The notes: generated by a model not told the origin, from the sequence alone. A stretch of 64,000 bases of DNA from an uncultured delta proteobacterium (GCA_963745025.1 CAVUWD010000013.1:192001-256000); one strand, 5' to 3'; shown: positions 1 through 12,719, counted from the stretch's first letter. A program made the numbers and translations.

Positions 1-669
1 GTCGCGCAGCAGCCGCGGCAGGCCGGTGGTCGGGTCGTTGCCGATGCTGAACGTGATCACGTCCACGCGACAGATCTGCGCGCTGGCGGGATGCGCCTTC
101 TGAATGCCCTGCGCACCGGCGGCGGTACCCGTGTCGACACCGATCGATGTGCTGTTGACGCTCGTGACGAACGCGAACTCGGTCTCGCCGACACGGATGA
201 GACCTTTGTCGCTGGTGTCGAGGAGATCTGTGAGGTTTGTGTTGGGGTCCCTAGGAGTGACCGAAACGCTCGTGACGCCGATGGCGGCCGGGCAGCCAGG
301 CATACCAACACAATCGGACAGTTCCGCCACCGGCTCTTGAAAGCACGCGGCGACCGAGAGCGAATCGGGATTCGACCCGCTTCCCTGGGTGACAAGAGGA
401 TTGCTCGTGAAGTTCGCCACCGACGTGATCCACGACGATGGGTTGCTCCCCCCCGGTGCCGCATACCGAGCGTTGCGTAGCGTGTCGCCGATCATGGCCG
501 ATGCGAGGCGCAGGTTCTCTTCCAACGTCACGCTCTGGTCTTGCTGCGTGTTCGTGCGGCTCTGCACCAGATACAACCGGACGGCCCCGGCCATCATCGT
601 GGCGACCATGATCATGCTGACCAGCAGCTCGATCAGCGTGAAGCCGCAGCTCTCGTCAGCTCGTGACAT
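1..669 (-). CDS. PilW-like minor type IV pilin (runs off the window end)
   Basis: Read manually: MSRADESCG|FTLIELLVSMIMVA, a class III signal peptide followed by the 'EENLRLASAMI' helix. Third gene of a fimT-pilV-pilW-type array. Confidence 0.8.
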   Translation of the reverse strand, partial: MSRADESCGFTLIELLVSMIMVATMMAGAVRLYLVQSRTNTQQDQSVTLEENLRLASAMIGDTLRNARYAAPGGSNPSSWITSVANFTSNPLVTQGSGSNPDSLSVAACFQEPVAELSDCVGMPGCPAAIGVTSVSVTPRDPNTNLTDLLDTSDKGLIRVGETEFAFVTSVNSTSIGVDTGTAAGAQGIQKAHPASAQICRVDVITFSIGNDPTTGLPRLLRD

Positions 670-1018
670 AGGTCGTGAGCTGAACCGCTTCCGGCTGGGG
701 CTCCCGCCAAGTGACGCGCACGGTCACCTGCGTCGTCCCGGGAACGGGACCGGCGGCCACGGTCCAGGTTCGCGTGTACACTGCGTTGTCGAGCGTGACC
801 GTGTCGTTGCCGTTGGTCGGAGCCGTTGGCGAGCTACGGAACGCCTCGATCCGACTCTGCGCGACGCTGGTCGCGGCAGTCATTTCTTTTGCGATGCGAT
901 TGGCGCGGACGTTGAGGAGCAGCATGGAGGTGAGCGCTGCTGCCATGGCGCCGAAGACGAGAAGGGCGACCAGCACCTCGGGGAAAGTAAAGCCCTCGCA
1001 CGAGGCGGGGCGTCTCAC
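656..1018 (-). CDS. PilV-like minor type IV pilin
   Basis: EG|FTFPEVLVALLVFG prepilin motif; GTG start overlaps the upstream stop (GTGA). Confidence 0.8.
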   Translation of the reverse strand: MRRPASCEGFTFPEVLVALLVFGAMAAALTSMLLLNVRANRIAKEMTAATSVAQSRIEAFRSSPTAPTNGNDTVTLDNAVYTRTWTVAAGPVPGTTQVTVRVTWREPQPEAVQLTTYVTS

Positions 1019-1482
1019 TGGATTCGAACCCTCCCCGCCGGCGAAACGGCCACTCCAGCGGTGTCGCCAGCGGAGTTCGTAATCGTCACCGTCGCCGTGG
1101 TCGAAGCGGTGCCTGTCGAGGTGAACGTCAGCGCGTTCGGTGCGGAGATCGTCACGCCCTGGCTGGCGACATCGAGAGGCTTGCTGACCGTCGCCCCGGT
1201 CGGCCCAATGGAATAGCTCGCGCCGCCGCCGTCGACCGTGAACGTGTAGGGGCGGTTCTCCGTCACCGCTGCCATGCGTACGGACTGGAGCTCCGAGTAG
1301 ACCTGCCGAGCGGCGGAGCGCACTCCGTAAATTCGTGTTACGCTGGCGATGTTCGGGCTCGCCGCGGCCAGAAGGATCCCGACGATGCCTATCGTCACCA
1401 GCAGGCGTATGAGGGTGAAGCCGTCTCCGTTGCGCAAAAGGCCGACACCTGGGCGCGAAGTCTGACAGCATGCCGATTTCAT
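1015..1482 (-). CDS. FimT/GspH-like minor pilin
   Basis: DG|FTLIRLLVTIGIVGIL, 'RMAAVTENR' and C-terminal 'VSPAGRVR'. GAGGT RBS before the ATG at 1482. Confidence 0.85.
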   Translation of the reverse strand: MKSACCQTSRPGVGLLRNGDGFTLIRLLVTIGIVGILLAAASPNIASVTRIYGVRSAARQVYSELQSVRMAAVTENRPYTFTVDGGGASYSIGPTGATVSKPLDVASQGVTISAPNALTFTSTGTASTTATVTITNSAGDTAGVAVSPAGRVRIQ

Positions 1483-1505
1483 CTTTTGAACCTCACTAGA
1501 GGTAC

Positions 1506-1520
1506 GCATCCTGCGTGCCA
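1506..1520 (-). promoter_or_regulatory. sigma54 -24/-12 promoter of the pilin operon
   Basis: TGGCACGCAGGATGC (GG-N10-GC) 24 nt upstream of the ATG. The AT-rich tract upstream has an IHF-like ATTCAGATAGTTA. Confidence 0.7.
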
Positions 1521-1820
1521 GATGCACTCTTCAACGAAAATACAATGAATTCAGATAGTTAACTGTTTACGCACTCTCGATATGCGCCCTCGAGTAACGA
1601 AAACGAACAAAAGGACGCGGAATAGACCGTTCACCACGGCGATGCCCATCACGATTCACCGCCAATCATAATCTTAGGCGTTCAATTGAGGTGAACGATT
1701 CGTTCGCTCCGGCGCGCAACCACGAACGAAATGTTGGCTGATACCTAGAAACTGCGCGTTGTCGGCCCGCTGACGAAGGTGCCATCCCCGGCAGGGGAAC
1801 CGATCCCCGCGCTCAAATTC

Positions 1821-2391
1821 CTAGGACAGCGACACGCTCTTCAGAATCATCGGACCCGTCGGTGCCGTCACGCCGTCTGCAGGTTCGAGGGTGACGGCAA
1901 AGACGGACGCACCGCGACCTTCCGGCGGAACTTCCTCGCTCCACCGGCCACGGCCGGTCACGTCGGGCTCGAAGACGAGTCCCGGCAGCGGCGTTTCCGC
2001 CGGCGATGAACCAGAGCTGGTAGCCCTTGCCCTCCGGCGCCGGCGGCACGTCGTAAGCAAAGAGCAGCGCGCGCCCGGTGCGGCGATCGTAGGCGATCTT
2101 CAGTCGCGCTTTCGACGCTTGTTCCGTGCCCGCCAGCAGGATCGTCGCGGTGTCGGGTGATGCGAGGAATCTCGCTACCTCGCGTTCCGCCGCGAGCTGG
2201 GTCTCCATGGCCCGAACCCGCGCTGCGAGGCCCAACGCATACATCGTCAGCGCGATGACGGCGGCCGCGGCGGCGAGCCCGCAGACGGCGCCGACGGTCC
2301 TCGAGAGCGTACCCGACGTCTTGCCCTGCGTTGGACTCGAAGTCGCACTCTCCAGAATGCGCGCCTTCTGCTGTTCGGCCGAGGAGCTCAA
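1821..2391 (-). CDS. RskA-like anti-sigma factor (frameshift near 1995)
   Basis: TM segment, then 'GYQLWFI' in one frame and 'FAVTLEPADG..PTGPMIL' in the next. Confidence 0.7.
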
Positions 2392-2499
2392 CGGGCGCGC
2401 CTTACACTAGGCTTCACTTTGGGGTCAACGAAGATCGCAGCGCGAAGATCGCAACCGGAAACCCACGAATCCGCCCGCCACGCGCCGACGTAGCGTTCG

Positions 2500-2690
2500 C
2501 GCCCAGGCGCCGCGACCGTTGTTGCCGCGCACGGCGGACGACCGGCGCGATCGTCTGGAGTGCCGCGATCACGTGCGGAGCACCGCACGTCGCCGGCGTG
2601 CAAGATCCGCTCGACGCCGCGTAGCGCCTCGAGCGCTTCTGGGCGAACGAGTCCGTGCGTGTCGGAGACGAGGCCGAGAGAACGGGGCAT
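2500..2690 (-). pseudogene. YfcE-like metallophosphoesterase, truncated and frameshifted
   Basis: 'GLVSDTHG' and 'ILHAGDV' motifs; similarity is lost after about 60 codons. Confidence 0.6.
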
Positions 2691-2813
2691 GAACGCCGCA
2701 CGCGAAGCGATCGAGGAAGGCTCGGGGCGAGACGATCCGCACGTCAGTCTTTTTCGAACTCGCTGCGAGAGTCGTGACCGCTCACGGTTGGCGCGACTCT
2801 CGCGACCCGAGGT

Positions 2814-3944
2814 TCAACAGCCGATCGCCTCCATGACGAGATCGTGAATCACCGGCCGAAAGTCCTTGATCTTGTCGTTGTTCCGACTCGGGTGCACCCG
2901 ATTCGACAGCAAGACCACGTGCACGGCCTTGTCGAGATCGAGCCACACCGACGTCCCGGTGAATCCGAGGTGACCGATCGTGTTCTTGGAAAACCGAGTG
3001 CCGGCGGCGGAGCCGGTCGGCGAGGGCGTGTCCCAGCCGAGCGTACGAGGCGATTGCGCAACCGTCTTGTCGCGTGTGAACGCCTCACGCACGATCGCTT
3101 CGGGAAGGAACGAGTTCCTGCCGAAGTAGGCATCGCGGAGGCTCGAGAGCAGCAGGTTGACGTCCGCAGCCGACGAGAACAGGCCCGAATGACCGGCGAC
3201 CCCGCCCATGGCGTAGGCGTTGTCGTCGTGGACCTCGCCGCAGAGAATCTTCTTTCGCCATTCGCATCGCTCCGTCGGCGCGATCATTTCGGTCACGGGT
3301 ACGAGTCGACGAGTGCGAACGAGTGATAGGTCGATGAACGACGTCGAGCGCAAGCCGAGCGGCTTGAACATCCGATCCTGGCAGAAGCGGTCGAGGTTGA
3401 GTCCCGAGATCTCTTCGATCGCTTCGCCGAGAAGCATGAACCCGAGGTCGCTGTAGACCATGCTCAGCCCTGGACCGCCGTCGGGCTTCTCGCGGTGGAT
3501 CATCTCGAAAACGTGCTGCTTCGCGCCCTGGCTGCAGAGAAAGTTCACGCGGCCGCCGCGCTCGACCTTGATGAGCTCCTTGTAGTACGGACGCCAGCCC
3601 GGCAAGCCCGAGCAGTGCGCGAGCAGGTGACGGAATGTGACGTGCGTTTTTCCGTGCACGCCGAAGTTGTGGAAGAGGCGCGTCACGCGATCGTCGATGC
3701 GCAGCTTCCGCTCCCGCACCAGATGGAGGAACGCGGTCGCCGTCGCCAGGGGCTTGGTGAGGGAGGAGAGGTCGAAGATCGTGTCTTCGGAGACCGGGGT
3801 GACCTCGGGCTCGAGGCTCCGATGTCCGAACGCTCGGTGGTAGACGACCTGCCCTTCCTTGTTGACGAGCAGCACCGCTCCCGGAAAGATGCGGGTCGCG
3901 ACGGCATCGTCCATCGCCTTTTCGACGTGAGTGAAGCCGGTCAT
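2814..3944 (-). CDS. serine hydrolase, beta-lactamase/AmpC-like family
   Basis: SLTK (SxxK), YSD and GHLGFTGT motifs; 'GEVHDDNA...GHSGLFS'. Confidence 0.9.
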   Translation of the reverse strand: MTGFTHVEKAMDDAVATRIFPGAVLLVNKEGQVVYHRAFGHRSLEPEVTPVSEDTIFDLSSLTKPLATATAFLHLVRERKLRIDDRVTRLFHNFGVHGKTHVTFRHLLAHCSGLPGWRPYYKELIKVERGGRVNFLCSQGAKQHVFEMIHREKPDGGPGLSMVYSDLGFMLLGEAIEEISGLNLDRFCQDRMFKPLGLRSTSFIDLSLVRTRRLVPVTEMIAPTERCEWRKKILCGEVHDDNAYAMGGVAGHSGLFSSAADVNLLLSSLRDAYFGRNSFLPEAIVREAFTRDKTVAQSPRTLGWDTPSPTGSAAGTRFSKNTIGHLGFTGTSVWLDLDKAVHVVLLSNRVHPSRNNDKIKDFRPVIHDLVMEAIGC

Positions 3945-4042
3945 CGGGCGGAGTTTACGACAGAGCAAACGGTATGGCTATGCAGTGTTCGTCCGAGTGG
4001 GCCATTTCGGCCACCATCTGCTCAGATCGCCGAAATGACCCG

Positions 4043-5002
4043 CTACCCGGATGATCTGCGACCACTCGAAACGCCGGACTCGAGGATCTCGAGCGTTCGC
4101 CGGCCAGTGTCCAGGCGAGCGCGTACGCCGAGCGGAACGGTGCGCTTGCCGCGGCCGTGGCCGCTCGGCAGACCGAACGCGACGGGTATGCCGAGGTCGG
4201 CGGTTCGCTCGCGCAGCACGCCGAGCAGCTCGCGCCGCGTGCCGCAGTTCGACATCTCGCCGAAGACGATGCCGCGTGCCTTGGCGAGCTGGCCCGTCTG
4301 TCGGAGCTGGGTCAGCATGCGGTCGAGCGAATAGGGCTCTTCGTTCACGTCCTCGAGAAACACGATGCGGTTCGACAGGTCGACCGCGTACGGTGTGCCG
4401 AGCAACGAGACGAGGATCGAAAGGCAGCCGCCGAAGATCTTGCCTTCGACCACACCACGACGAAGCGTCACGCCGAGGCGAATGGGTGGCGGGCGCTCGC
4501 CGCGCAGCGCACCGAGCAGCGAGACACGGTCGACGGCGGCGAGTCTCGGAAAGTCCGTAGCAACCATCGGCCCGTGAAACGTCACCCAGCCGAGCTTGCC
4601 GGTCGCGAACGTGAGCAGCGACGTTGCATCGCTGTAGCCGACCAGTATCTTCGGCCCGCTCTCGGCGAGATCGCGGCCGACGAGCGGCAGCAGACGTGCC
4701 GCACCAAATCCTCCGCGCGTGAGAAAGATCGCCCGGACCGATCGGTCGCCGAGCGCCTGACGCAGCGCGGCCGCGCGGCGATCGTCCGTGCCGGCGAAGT
4801 GGCCGTTGCGGGCAAAGGCCTGCGGAAGCACCCGCACGTGGAAGCCGAGCCGTTCGAGGTTTCGCGCCCCGCGAAGGATGCGCGCTCGTTTGGCGGCGGA
4901 AGCGGGGGCGATCACGGCGATCGTGTCGCCGGGCGCGAGAGCGGGGGGGCGGCGGGGCGGACGGCGCCAGTCGGGAAGAGGGCCGCTTCTGCTCCGCCTC
5001 AC
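4043..5002 (-). CDS. ldcA: LD-carboxypeptidase (peptidase S66)
   Basis: 'RGGFGA', 'GYSDAT', 'HGPM', 'LEDVNE', 'GHG'. GTG start overlaps the aroF stop. Confidence 0.9.
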   Translation of the reverse strand: MRRSRSGPLPDWRRPPRRPPALAPGDTIAVIAPASAAKRARILRGARNLERLGFHVRVLPQAFARNGHFAGTDDRRAAALRQALGDRSVRAIFLTRGGFGAARLLPLVGRDLAESGPKILVGYSDATSLLTFATGKLGWVTFHGPMVATDFPRLAAVDRVSLLGALRGERPPPIRLGVTLRRGVVEGKIFGGCLSILVSLLGTPYAVDLSNRIVFLEDVNEEPYSLDRMLTQLRQTGQLAKARGIVFGEMSNCGTRRELLGVLRERTADLGIPVAFGLPSGHGRGKRTVPLGVRARLDTGRRTLEILESGVSSGRRSSG

Positions 5003-6018
5003 AGCGTTCGACCCGCGGCCTCGGCGAACTTCTTGAGCCCCTGCATCAAGCTCTCGAAGCGGGCAGGCTTGAGGGATTGACCGCCGTCCGAGAGCGCATG
5101 CGCGGGATCGGGATGGACCTCGATCATCAGCCCGTCGGCGCCCGCCGCGATGCCGGCGTAGGCCATCGGCGTCACGTATTGCCAGTAGCCCGTGCCGTGG
5201 CTCGGATCGACGATCACCGGCAAGTGCGTCCATTCCTTGAGGACCGGAATCGCGTTCAGGTCGAGCGTGTTCCGCGTCGCCGTCTCGAACGTGCGGATCC
5301 CCCGCTCGCAGAGGATCACCCGCGGATTCCCTTCGGAGAGGATGTACTCGGCCGCCATCAGAAACTCCTGGAGCGTCGTCATCATGCCGCGCTTCAAGAG
5401 CACGGGCTTGCGGAGCTTGCCGAGCCTGCGCAGGAGCGCGAAGTTCTGGACGTTCCGCGCGCCCACCTGAAGGATGTCCGCATGCTCGGCCACGAGCTCG
5501 GCGTCGTGGGGGTCCAACACCTCCGTGACGACCGGCAAGCCGGTTTCCGCGCGCGCCTTTGCGAGGAGCTTCAGACCATCCACCTCCATGCCCTGGAAGC
5601 TGTAGGGTGAGGTGCGCGGCTTGTATGCGCCTCCTCGGAGAATGTTCGCCCCGGCCGCTTTGACCGCTCGTGCCGACTGCATGATCTGCGACTCGCTCTC
5701 GACCGAGCAAGGCCCGGCCATGACCGCGAGGCGCGTGTCACCCACGCAGACGCCGAGCCCGACGTCGATCACCGAGTTTTCCTTGCGTACTTCGCGGCTC
5801 GCGAGTTTGAAAGGCTTGAGGATCGGAACACAGGCCTCCACTCCCGGCATCGACTCGAGCGCGGTGAGGCGCGCCTTGCCCCGCTCGTCCCCGATGCAGC
5901 CGATGATCGTTCGCTCGACGCCGTGAATCGGGTGCGATCGGTAGCCGAGGCGCTCGATCTCGGCGATCACGCCGTCGATCGCAGCGTTTGTCGCTCCCGC
6001 GTGCATTACGACGATCAT
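4999..6018 (-). CDS. aroF: DAHP synthase, class I-beta
   Basis: 'AGPCSVES', '[15 protein letters not shown]', 'LCERGIRTF', 'DPSH'. Confidence 0.95.
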   Translation of the reverse strand: MIVVMHAGATNAAIDGVIAEIERLGYRSHPIHGVERTIIGCIGDERGKARLTALESMPGVEACVPILKPFKLASREVRKENSVIDVGLGVCVGDTRLAVMAGPCSVESESQIMQSARAVKAAGANILRGGAYKPRTSPYSFQGMEVDGLKLLAKARAETGLPVVTEVLDPHDAELVAEHADILQVGARNVQNFALLRRLGKLRKPVLLKRGMMTTLQEFLMAAEYILSEGNPRVILCERGIRTFETATRNTLDLNAIPVLKEWTHLPVIVDPSHGTGYWQYVTPMAYAGIAAGADGLMIEVHPDPAHALSDGGQSLKPARFESLMQGLKKFAEAAGRTL

Positions 6019-6084
6019 TCGTCCGAAGTAACGGCCGCTCCGGAAGATTGTCAAGCGACGCCTGCCGGGATATCTAGGACGATT

Positions 6085-6360
6085 GTGACTCCGAGCGACA
6101 AGAACCTGCATCGCGCCGCGGGACGGGTGACCAAGGCGTTCGTGGACGGGAAGATCGTGGCGGCGAAGGCACCGTCGGCCGAGATCGAGAAGCGCATCTT
6201 CGAGGCGCTGCGGGCGAATTTCCAGGAGGAAGCAGCGATTCAGCGCGAGGCCGAGCGCATTCTCGAGGAGAACAAGCACCAGACCACCGGCATGGACCAA
6301 CGCACGCTTCTCGTGAAAATCAAGGAGAAGCTCGCGCGCGAGCGCGGCTTCGTCCTGTGA
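6085..6360 (+). CDS. DUF507-like protein
   Basis: C-terminus '[14 protein letters not shown]'; tandem with a second small helical protein. Confidence 0.7.
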   Translation: MTPSDKNLHRAAGRVTKAFVDGKIVAAKAPSAEIEKRIFEALRANFQEEAAIQREAERILEENKHQTTGMDQRTLLVKIKEKLARERGFVL

Positions 6361-6372
6361 CCGGTCGCTTCG

Positions 6373-6636
6373 ATGGCGCGGCTTTCCGACGATCGCATCT
6401 CCCATCTCGCGCGCAAGGTGGTCGAGGCGGCGCGCACGAGCGGCGAGATCAAAGACGAACGCCGGGCGCTCACCCTAGCGAAGCAGGCACTGGCGGAATG
6501 CTTCCAGCTCGAGGACCGACTTGACGGGGTGGTGCGGTCAAGGATACCTCATAGAGTCTACCCCGGGACGGCGGAATGGGAAATCCTCTACCGCCGCTAC
6601 ATGGACGAGGAGATAAGGAAGGTTCAGGGAAACTAG
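6373..6636 (+). CDS. DUF507-like protein
   Basis: '[13 protein letters not shown]...[17 protein letters not shown]'. Confidence 0.75.
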   Translation: MARLSDDRISHLARKVVEAARTSGEIKDERRALTLAKQALAECFQLEDRLDGVVRSRIPHRVYPGTAEWEILYRRYMDEEIRKVQGN

Positions 6637-6673
6637 CCGCCGCTGCAAAACCTCGTTAGTTCACCACCCGCCG

Positions 6674-6701
6674 TTGACAAGCCCATATCGATGATTAGTT
6701 T
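6674..6701 (+). promoter_or_regulatory. putative sigma70 promoter of groESL
   Basis: TTGACA-16 bp-TAGTTT upstream of groES. Confidence 0.4.
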
Positions 6702-6775
6702 TCGTCCGCTGTTTTCCAAACAGCGTCAAGTCGATCGAGAGAAACTGCCAGAGAGCGAAAGGGGAGGTCGTTGTC

Positions 6776-7066
6776 ATGAAGATCAGGCCGCTGGGTGACC
6801 GAGTGCTGATCAAGCGCGTCGCCGAAGAAGAGAAGACCAAGGGAGGGATCATCATCCCCGATACCGCCAAGGAGAAGCCCCAAGAGGGCAAGGTGATCGC
6901 GGTCGGGAAGGGCAAAACGAACGAGGACGGGAAAGTAACGCCGCTAGACGTCAAGGCGGGCGATCGCATCCTGTTCGGCAAGTACTCTGGCACCGAGATC
7001 AAGCTGATCGGTGAAGAGCATCTCATTCTGCGCGAGGAAGACATCCTCGGCATCATCGAAGGATAA
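6776..7066 (+). CDS. groES: co-chaperonin GroES
   Basis: '[10 protein letters not shown]...[18 protein letters not shown]'. Confidence 0.99.
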   Translation: MKIRPLGDRVLIKRVAEEEKTKGGIIIPDTAKEKPQEGKVIAVGKGKTNEDGKVTPLDVKAGDRILFGKYSGTEIKLIGEEHLILREEDILGIIEG

Positions 7067-7125
7067 GACCTCGCCCACACGCGGCCCAACGGGCCGGGTG
7101 CAGAGGCGGATTCGACAAGCTCTAA

Positions 7126-8784
<1,659 letters not shown>

Positions 8785-8809
8785 GCAGCTCGCGCCCAAG
8801 ACCATCGTT

Positions 8810-8850
8810 CGAAGAGCCCTCTTCTACCGGGGAGAGGGCTCTTCGTTTTT
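8810..8850 (+). terminator. intrinsic terminator after groEL
   Basis: CGAAGAGCCCTCT...AGAGGGCTCTTCG hairpin followed by a T-tract. Confidence 0.85.
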
Positions 8851-8884
8851 CGGCCGCCTTGGGATAAAGTCGCCCGCTTATCCG

Positions 8885-10215
8885 ATGCTGGAATCCCTGA
8901 GCGACAAGTTCGAGGCCATCTTCAAGAAGCTTCGCGGCGAGGCGAGGGTCCGCGAGCGCACACATCGAGGAGACGCTGCGCGAAGTGCGGCTCGCGCTCC
9001 TCGAGGCCGACGTCAACCTCCAGGTCGTCAAGCAGTTCACGGAGGCGATCCGCCGCCAGGCGCTCGGCCAAGAAGTCCTCCAGTCGCTCACACCGGCCCA
9101 GCAGATCATCAAGATCGTTCACCAGGAGCTGGTGACGCTGATGGGGGAGGCGGGGCGCGGCCTCGACCTTTCCGCCGCTCCGCCGGTGCCAGTCATGCTC
9201 GTCGGCCTGCAGGGCTCGGGAAAGACCACCACGGTCGGCAAGCTCGCCCGTTACCTGAAGCTCGAAAAAAACCGTAATCCCTACCTCGTGCCCGCCGACG
9301 TGCAGAGGCCGGCGGCGATCGAGCAGCTTCGGCTGCTCGGAGAGCAGGTGGGCTGCGCGGTGCACCCGTCGACGAGCGATCAAAATCCGGTTGCGATCTG
9401 CCGCGCCGCGCTGACGGCGGCGAAGAATCAGGGATATGACGTCTGCCTCTTCGACACCGCGGGACGGCTCCACATCGACGAGGAGCTGATGCAGGAGCTC
9501 GCCGACATCCGCACTGCGGTGTCGCCGCACGAGATCGTGCTCGTGGCCGACGCGATGACGGGTCAGGACGCGGTCAACGTCGCGCAGTGGCTTCCACGAG
9601 CGCCTGGGTTTGACCGGCGTGATTCTCTCCAAGATGGAGGGCGACGCCCGCGGCGGCGCCGCGCTCTCCATCCGCGCGATATCGGGGGCGCCGATCGTGT
9701 TTCTCGGCGTGGGCGAGAAGCTCGATGCCCTCGAGCCGTTCTATCCCGACCGCCTCGCGTCACGCATTCTCGGCATGGGCGACGTGCTGTCGCTCATCGA
9801 GCGCGCCGAGCGTGCCTTCGATCAGAAGGAGGCGGAGAAGCTCGAACGGAAGCTTCGCCGCGCCGAGTTCTCGCTCGAGGACTTCCGCGACCAGCTACGG
9901 GCGATGAAGAAGATGGGCTCGGTCGGAGATCTCCTCGGCATGATCCCCGGCCTCGGCAAGATGGCCCGTGCGGTGGATGCCGGCAAGGCAGAAAGGGATC
10001 TTGCGCGCGTCGAGGCGATCATCAACTCCATGACTCGACAGGAGCAGCAGAATCCGAACATCCTGAATGCGGGCCGGCGCCGGCGCATCGCCCTCGGCAG
10101 CGGCACCTCCGTCGCCGACATCAACCGCTTCTTGAAGCAATACGCGCAAATGAAGAAGATGATGAAGAAGTTCACCAGCGGCGGTCGTGGGCTCGGGATC
10201 GGCCTGCCGATCTGA
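8885..10215 (+). CDS. ffh: signal recognition particle protein Ffh (frameshifts near 8950 and 9590, probably sequencing errors)
   Basis: 'GLQGSGKTTT', 'DTAGRL', 'DAMTGQDA', 'RILGMGD' and the M domain, spread across three frames. Confidence 0.95.
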
Positions 10216-10245
10216 GCCGCGAGCCGTCAGGAGGAGCGAAGAGAA

Positions 10246-10518
10246 ATGCCTGTTACGATTCGACTGTCCCGGCACGGGGCGAAGAAGCACCCATTTTACC
10301 GGATCGTGGTCGCCGACTCGCGCTTCCCGCGTGACGGCCGTTACGTCGAGCAGCTCGGTACCTACGATCCCGCCCCCAACCCTGCTCGCGTGACGGTCAA
10401 GCGCGAGAAGCTCGAGGGTTGGCTCGCGCGTGGCGCAAAGCCGACCGACACGGTGGCGCACGTGCTCAAGCGCGCTGGCTTTCCCGCGCGTGCTCCGGCT
10501 GCGCCCAAGGCGGCCTGA
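10246..10518 (+). CDS. rpsP: 30S ribosomal protein S16
   Basis: 'IRLSRHGAKKHPFYRIVVADSR'. Confidence 0.99.
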   Translation: MPVTIRLSRHGAKKHPFYRIVVADSRFPRDGRYVEQLGTYDPAPNPARVTVKREKLEGWLARGAKPTDTVAHVLKRAGFPARAPAAPKAA

Positions 10519-10530
10519 GCTCCGGCTTCC

Positions 10531-10782
10531 GTGGTGAAGGAACTCGTCGAATACGTGGCGCGGTTCCTGGTTCGGAATCCCGAGGCGGTCAGCGTGACCG
10601 AAACGCTGCGCGACGGAGTGCCGACGCTCGAGCTGCGCGTCGCGGATGAGGATCTCGGCAGGGTGATCGGCAAGGAGGGGCGCACGGCGAAAGCGCTGCG
10701 CGCGATCCTCAACGTCGCGGCCGCGAGAAAGAACCAGCGCGTCATTCTCGACATCGTCGAGAGGGATCGACCGAAGGCTTGA
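10531..10782 (+). CDS. khpA: KH-domain RNA-binding protein
   Basis: 'DLGRVIGKEGRTAKALR'; located between rpsP and rimM. Confidence 0.9.
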   Translation: MVKELVEYVARFLVRNPEAVSVTETLRDGVPTLELRVADEDLGRVIGKEGRTAKALRAILNVAAARKNQRVILDIVERDRPKA

Positions 10783-11412
10783 TTGGAGCCTCGGACCGTC
10801 GGGGCTCTTGGAGTCGCTAGTCGGAACGAGGAAGTCGTGAGACCCGCGCCATCCGCCTCGGCAAGCAAGCCGCCGCCGGCGGGAGTCGTTCCCGGCCCTG
10901 ATGGCGAGCGGCTCGTCGTCATTGGCGAGCTCGTCGGCGCGCACGGGGTGCGTGGCGAGGCGCGCCTGAGGCCGTTCAATCCGGATTCGTCCGTGTTGGC
11001 CGGCGTCTCCGAGGTCTTCCTTCTCGGCAGCGAACCGGCGACACGCCGGTTGCGGCTCGAGCATGCTCGCCCGCACGGTGGCGTCTGGTTGGTGAGCCTG
11101 GAGAACCTGACGACTCCGGAAGCGGTGCGCTCGTTGCAAGGGCGCCGGGTGGCGGTTCGTGAGCAGGAGCTTCCTGTCTTGGAGGCCGGGCAGTTCTACT
11201 GCTACCAGCTCATCGGCCTCGAAGTCTTGGATGATTCGGGCCGCTTACTCGGCAGAGTCTCGGAAGTTCTCTCGACGAGCGGCAACGACGTCCTGGTCGT
11301 CCGGGGGAGTGGGAAGGAGCGGCTCATCCCGATGATCGACCGGACGGTCCGCGAGATCGCTCTCGACGTTGGGCGCATCGTCGTTCACCCCATCGAGGGG
11401 TTGCTCGACTGA
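10783..11412 (+). CDS. rimM: 16S rRNA processing protein RimM (start uncertain)
   Basis: 'GAHGVRGE', 'FYCYQLIGL', 'GNDVLVV', 'LIPM'. Confidence 0.95.
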   Translation: MEPRTVGALGVASRNEEVVRPAPSASASKPPPAGVVPGPDGERLVVIGELVGAHGVRGEARLRPFNPDSSVLAGVSEVFLLGSEPATRRLRLEHARPHGGVWLVSLENLTTPEAVRSLQGRRVAVREQELPVLEAGQFYCYQLIGLEVLDDSGRLLGRVSEVLSTSGNDVLVVRGSGKERLIPMIDRTVREIALDVGRIVVHPIEGLLD

Positions 11413-11424
11413 CCCCGGTCGCTG

Positions 11425-12156
11425 ATGCGCTTTCAAATCCTCACGTTGTTTCCCGATTTCTTTCCCTCGCCGCTGGCGGCGAGCTTGATCGGCAAAGCGA
11501 TCCGCCGTGGACTCATCGAAGTCGAAGTTCTCGACATCCGCGATTTCGCTATTGGTGCGCATCGCGTCGCGGATGATGCTCCCTACGGCGGCGGACAAGG
11601 AATGGTGATGAAGGTCGAGCCTGTGGTGGCGGCGATCGAGGCGGCGGCTCGAAGCGCTTCCTCCGCCCGCCGGCTGCTGCTCTCTCCGCGCGGGCGACCC
11701 CTGACCCAGCCGCTCGCCGCGGAACTCGCCCGCGAAGCGGCGGTCCTGCTTCTCTGCGGCCACTACGAGGGCCTCGACGAGCGCGTGCGGCAGTTCGTCG
11801 ACGACGAGCTGTCGATTGGCGATTACGTGCTCGCCGGCGGCGAGGCCGCCGCGCTGGTCGTGATCGATGCGGTCGCGAGGCTCGTGCCCGGGTTCGTCGG
11901 CAACGCGGGATCGCTCGCCGAGGAGTCGTTCGACGACGGGCTTCTCGAGTACCCGCAGTACACGCGCCCGGAGGTCTTCCGGACGATCGCCGTGCCGCCC
12001 GTTCTCCTCTCCGGGAATCATGCGGCAATCGCCCGTTGGCGGAGGAAGGAGCGGCTGCGCCTGACCCGCAGGCGACGACCTGATCTGCTCGTGCACGCCG
12101 ATCTCGGCGAGGAAGACCGCAAGCTCCTTCGCGAGATCGAGGAAGAAGAGAAGTGA
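11425..12156 (+). CDS. trmD: tRNA m1G37 methyltransferase
   Basis: 'DDAPYGGG', 'CGHYEGLDER', 'SIGDYVLAGGE', 'YPQYTRP'. Confidence 0.98.
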   Translation: MRFQILTLFPDFFPSPLAASLIGKAIRRGLIEVEVLDIRDFAIGAHRVADDAPYGGGQGMVMKVEPVVAAIEAAARSASSARRLLLSPRGRPLTQPLAAELAREAAVLLLCGHYEGLDERVRQFVDDELSIGDYVLAGGEAAALVVIDAVARLVPGFVGNAGSLAEESFDDGLLEYPQYTRPEVFRTIAVPPVLLSGNHAAIARWRRKERLRLTRRRRPDLLVHADLGEEDRKLLREIEEEEK

Positions 12157-12719
12157 CGTCGGCACCGCTCTACGTGGTGCTGCTTCACCATCCGGTCTAC
12201 GACAAGCACGGCGACGTCGTGGCCACCGCCGTCACCAACATGGACGTCCACGACCTCGCGCGGATCGGCAAGACCTACGGGGTGAGCGGCGTGTACATCG
12301 CCACGCCGGTGCGAGCGCTACGCCTGCTCGCGGAAAAGATCCTCGAGCACTGGCGGAGCGGTTTCGGCGCCGAGTACAACGAGACCCGGCGCGAGGCGCT
12401 CGCTCTGGTGCACACCGTGGTCGATCTCGATGCGGCGATTCTCGAGGTCGAGCGCAGCGCGGGTGATCGGCCCGTGCTGGTCGCGACCAGTGCCAGGGAT
12501 GCCGACGAACGGATCTCCTTCGCCGATCTTCGTTCGCGTCTGGCGACGAGCGGAGCGCCGCATCTGCTGATTCTCGGGACCGGCTGGGGACTGACGAAGG
12601 AGATTCTCGAGCGTGCCGACCTGATCCTCGAGCCGATCCATGGGGTAGCCGGCTACAACCACTTGCCGGTCCGAGCCGCCGCGGCGATCATGCTCGATCG
12701 GCTGCTCGGCTCGGCCTGA
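12153..12719 (+). CDS. SPOUT RNA methyltransferase (DUF2168-like)
   Basis: 'LHHPV..K.G', 'TNMDVHDLAR', 'GTGWGL', 'YNHLPVR'. Confidence 0.9.
   Translation: MTSAPLYVVLLHHPVYDKHGDVVATAVTNMDVHDLARIGKTYGVSGVYIATPVRALRLLAEKILEHWRSGFGAEYNETRREALALVHTVVDLDAAILEVERSAGDRPVLVATSARDADERISFADLRSRLATSGAPHLLILGTGWGLTKEILERADLILEPIHGVAGYNHLPVRAAAAIMLDRLLGSA

Noticed and set aside
6640-6775. CIRCE operator upstream of groESL
   Set aside because: No TTAGCACTC-N9-GAGTGCTAA match.
8885-10215. ffh, pckG, bactofilin, rskA and acyl-CoA dehydrogenase as pseudogenes or programmed frameshifts
   Set aside because: ffh is normally essential, motifs are intact and no slippery heptamers were seen. Indels cluster as expected for long-read errors.
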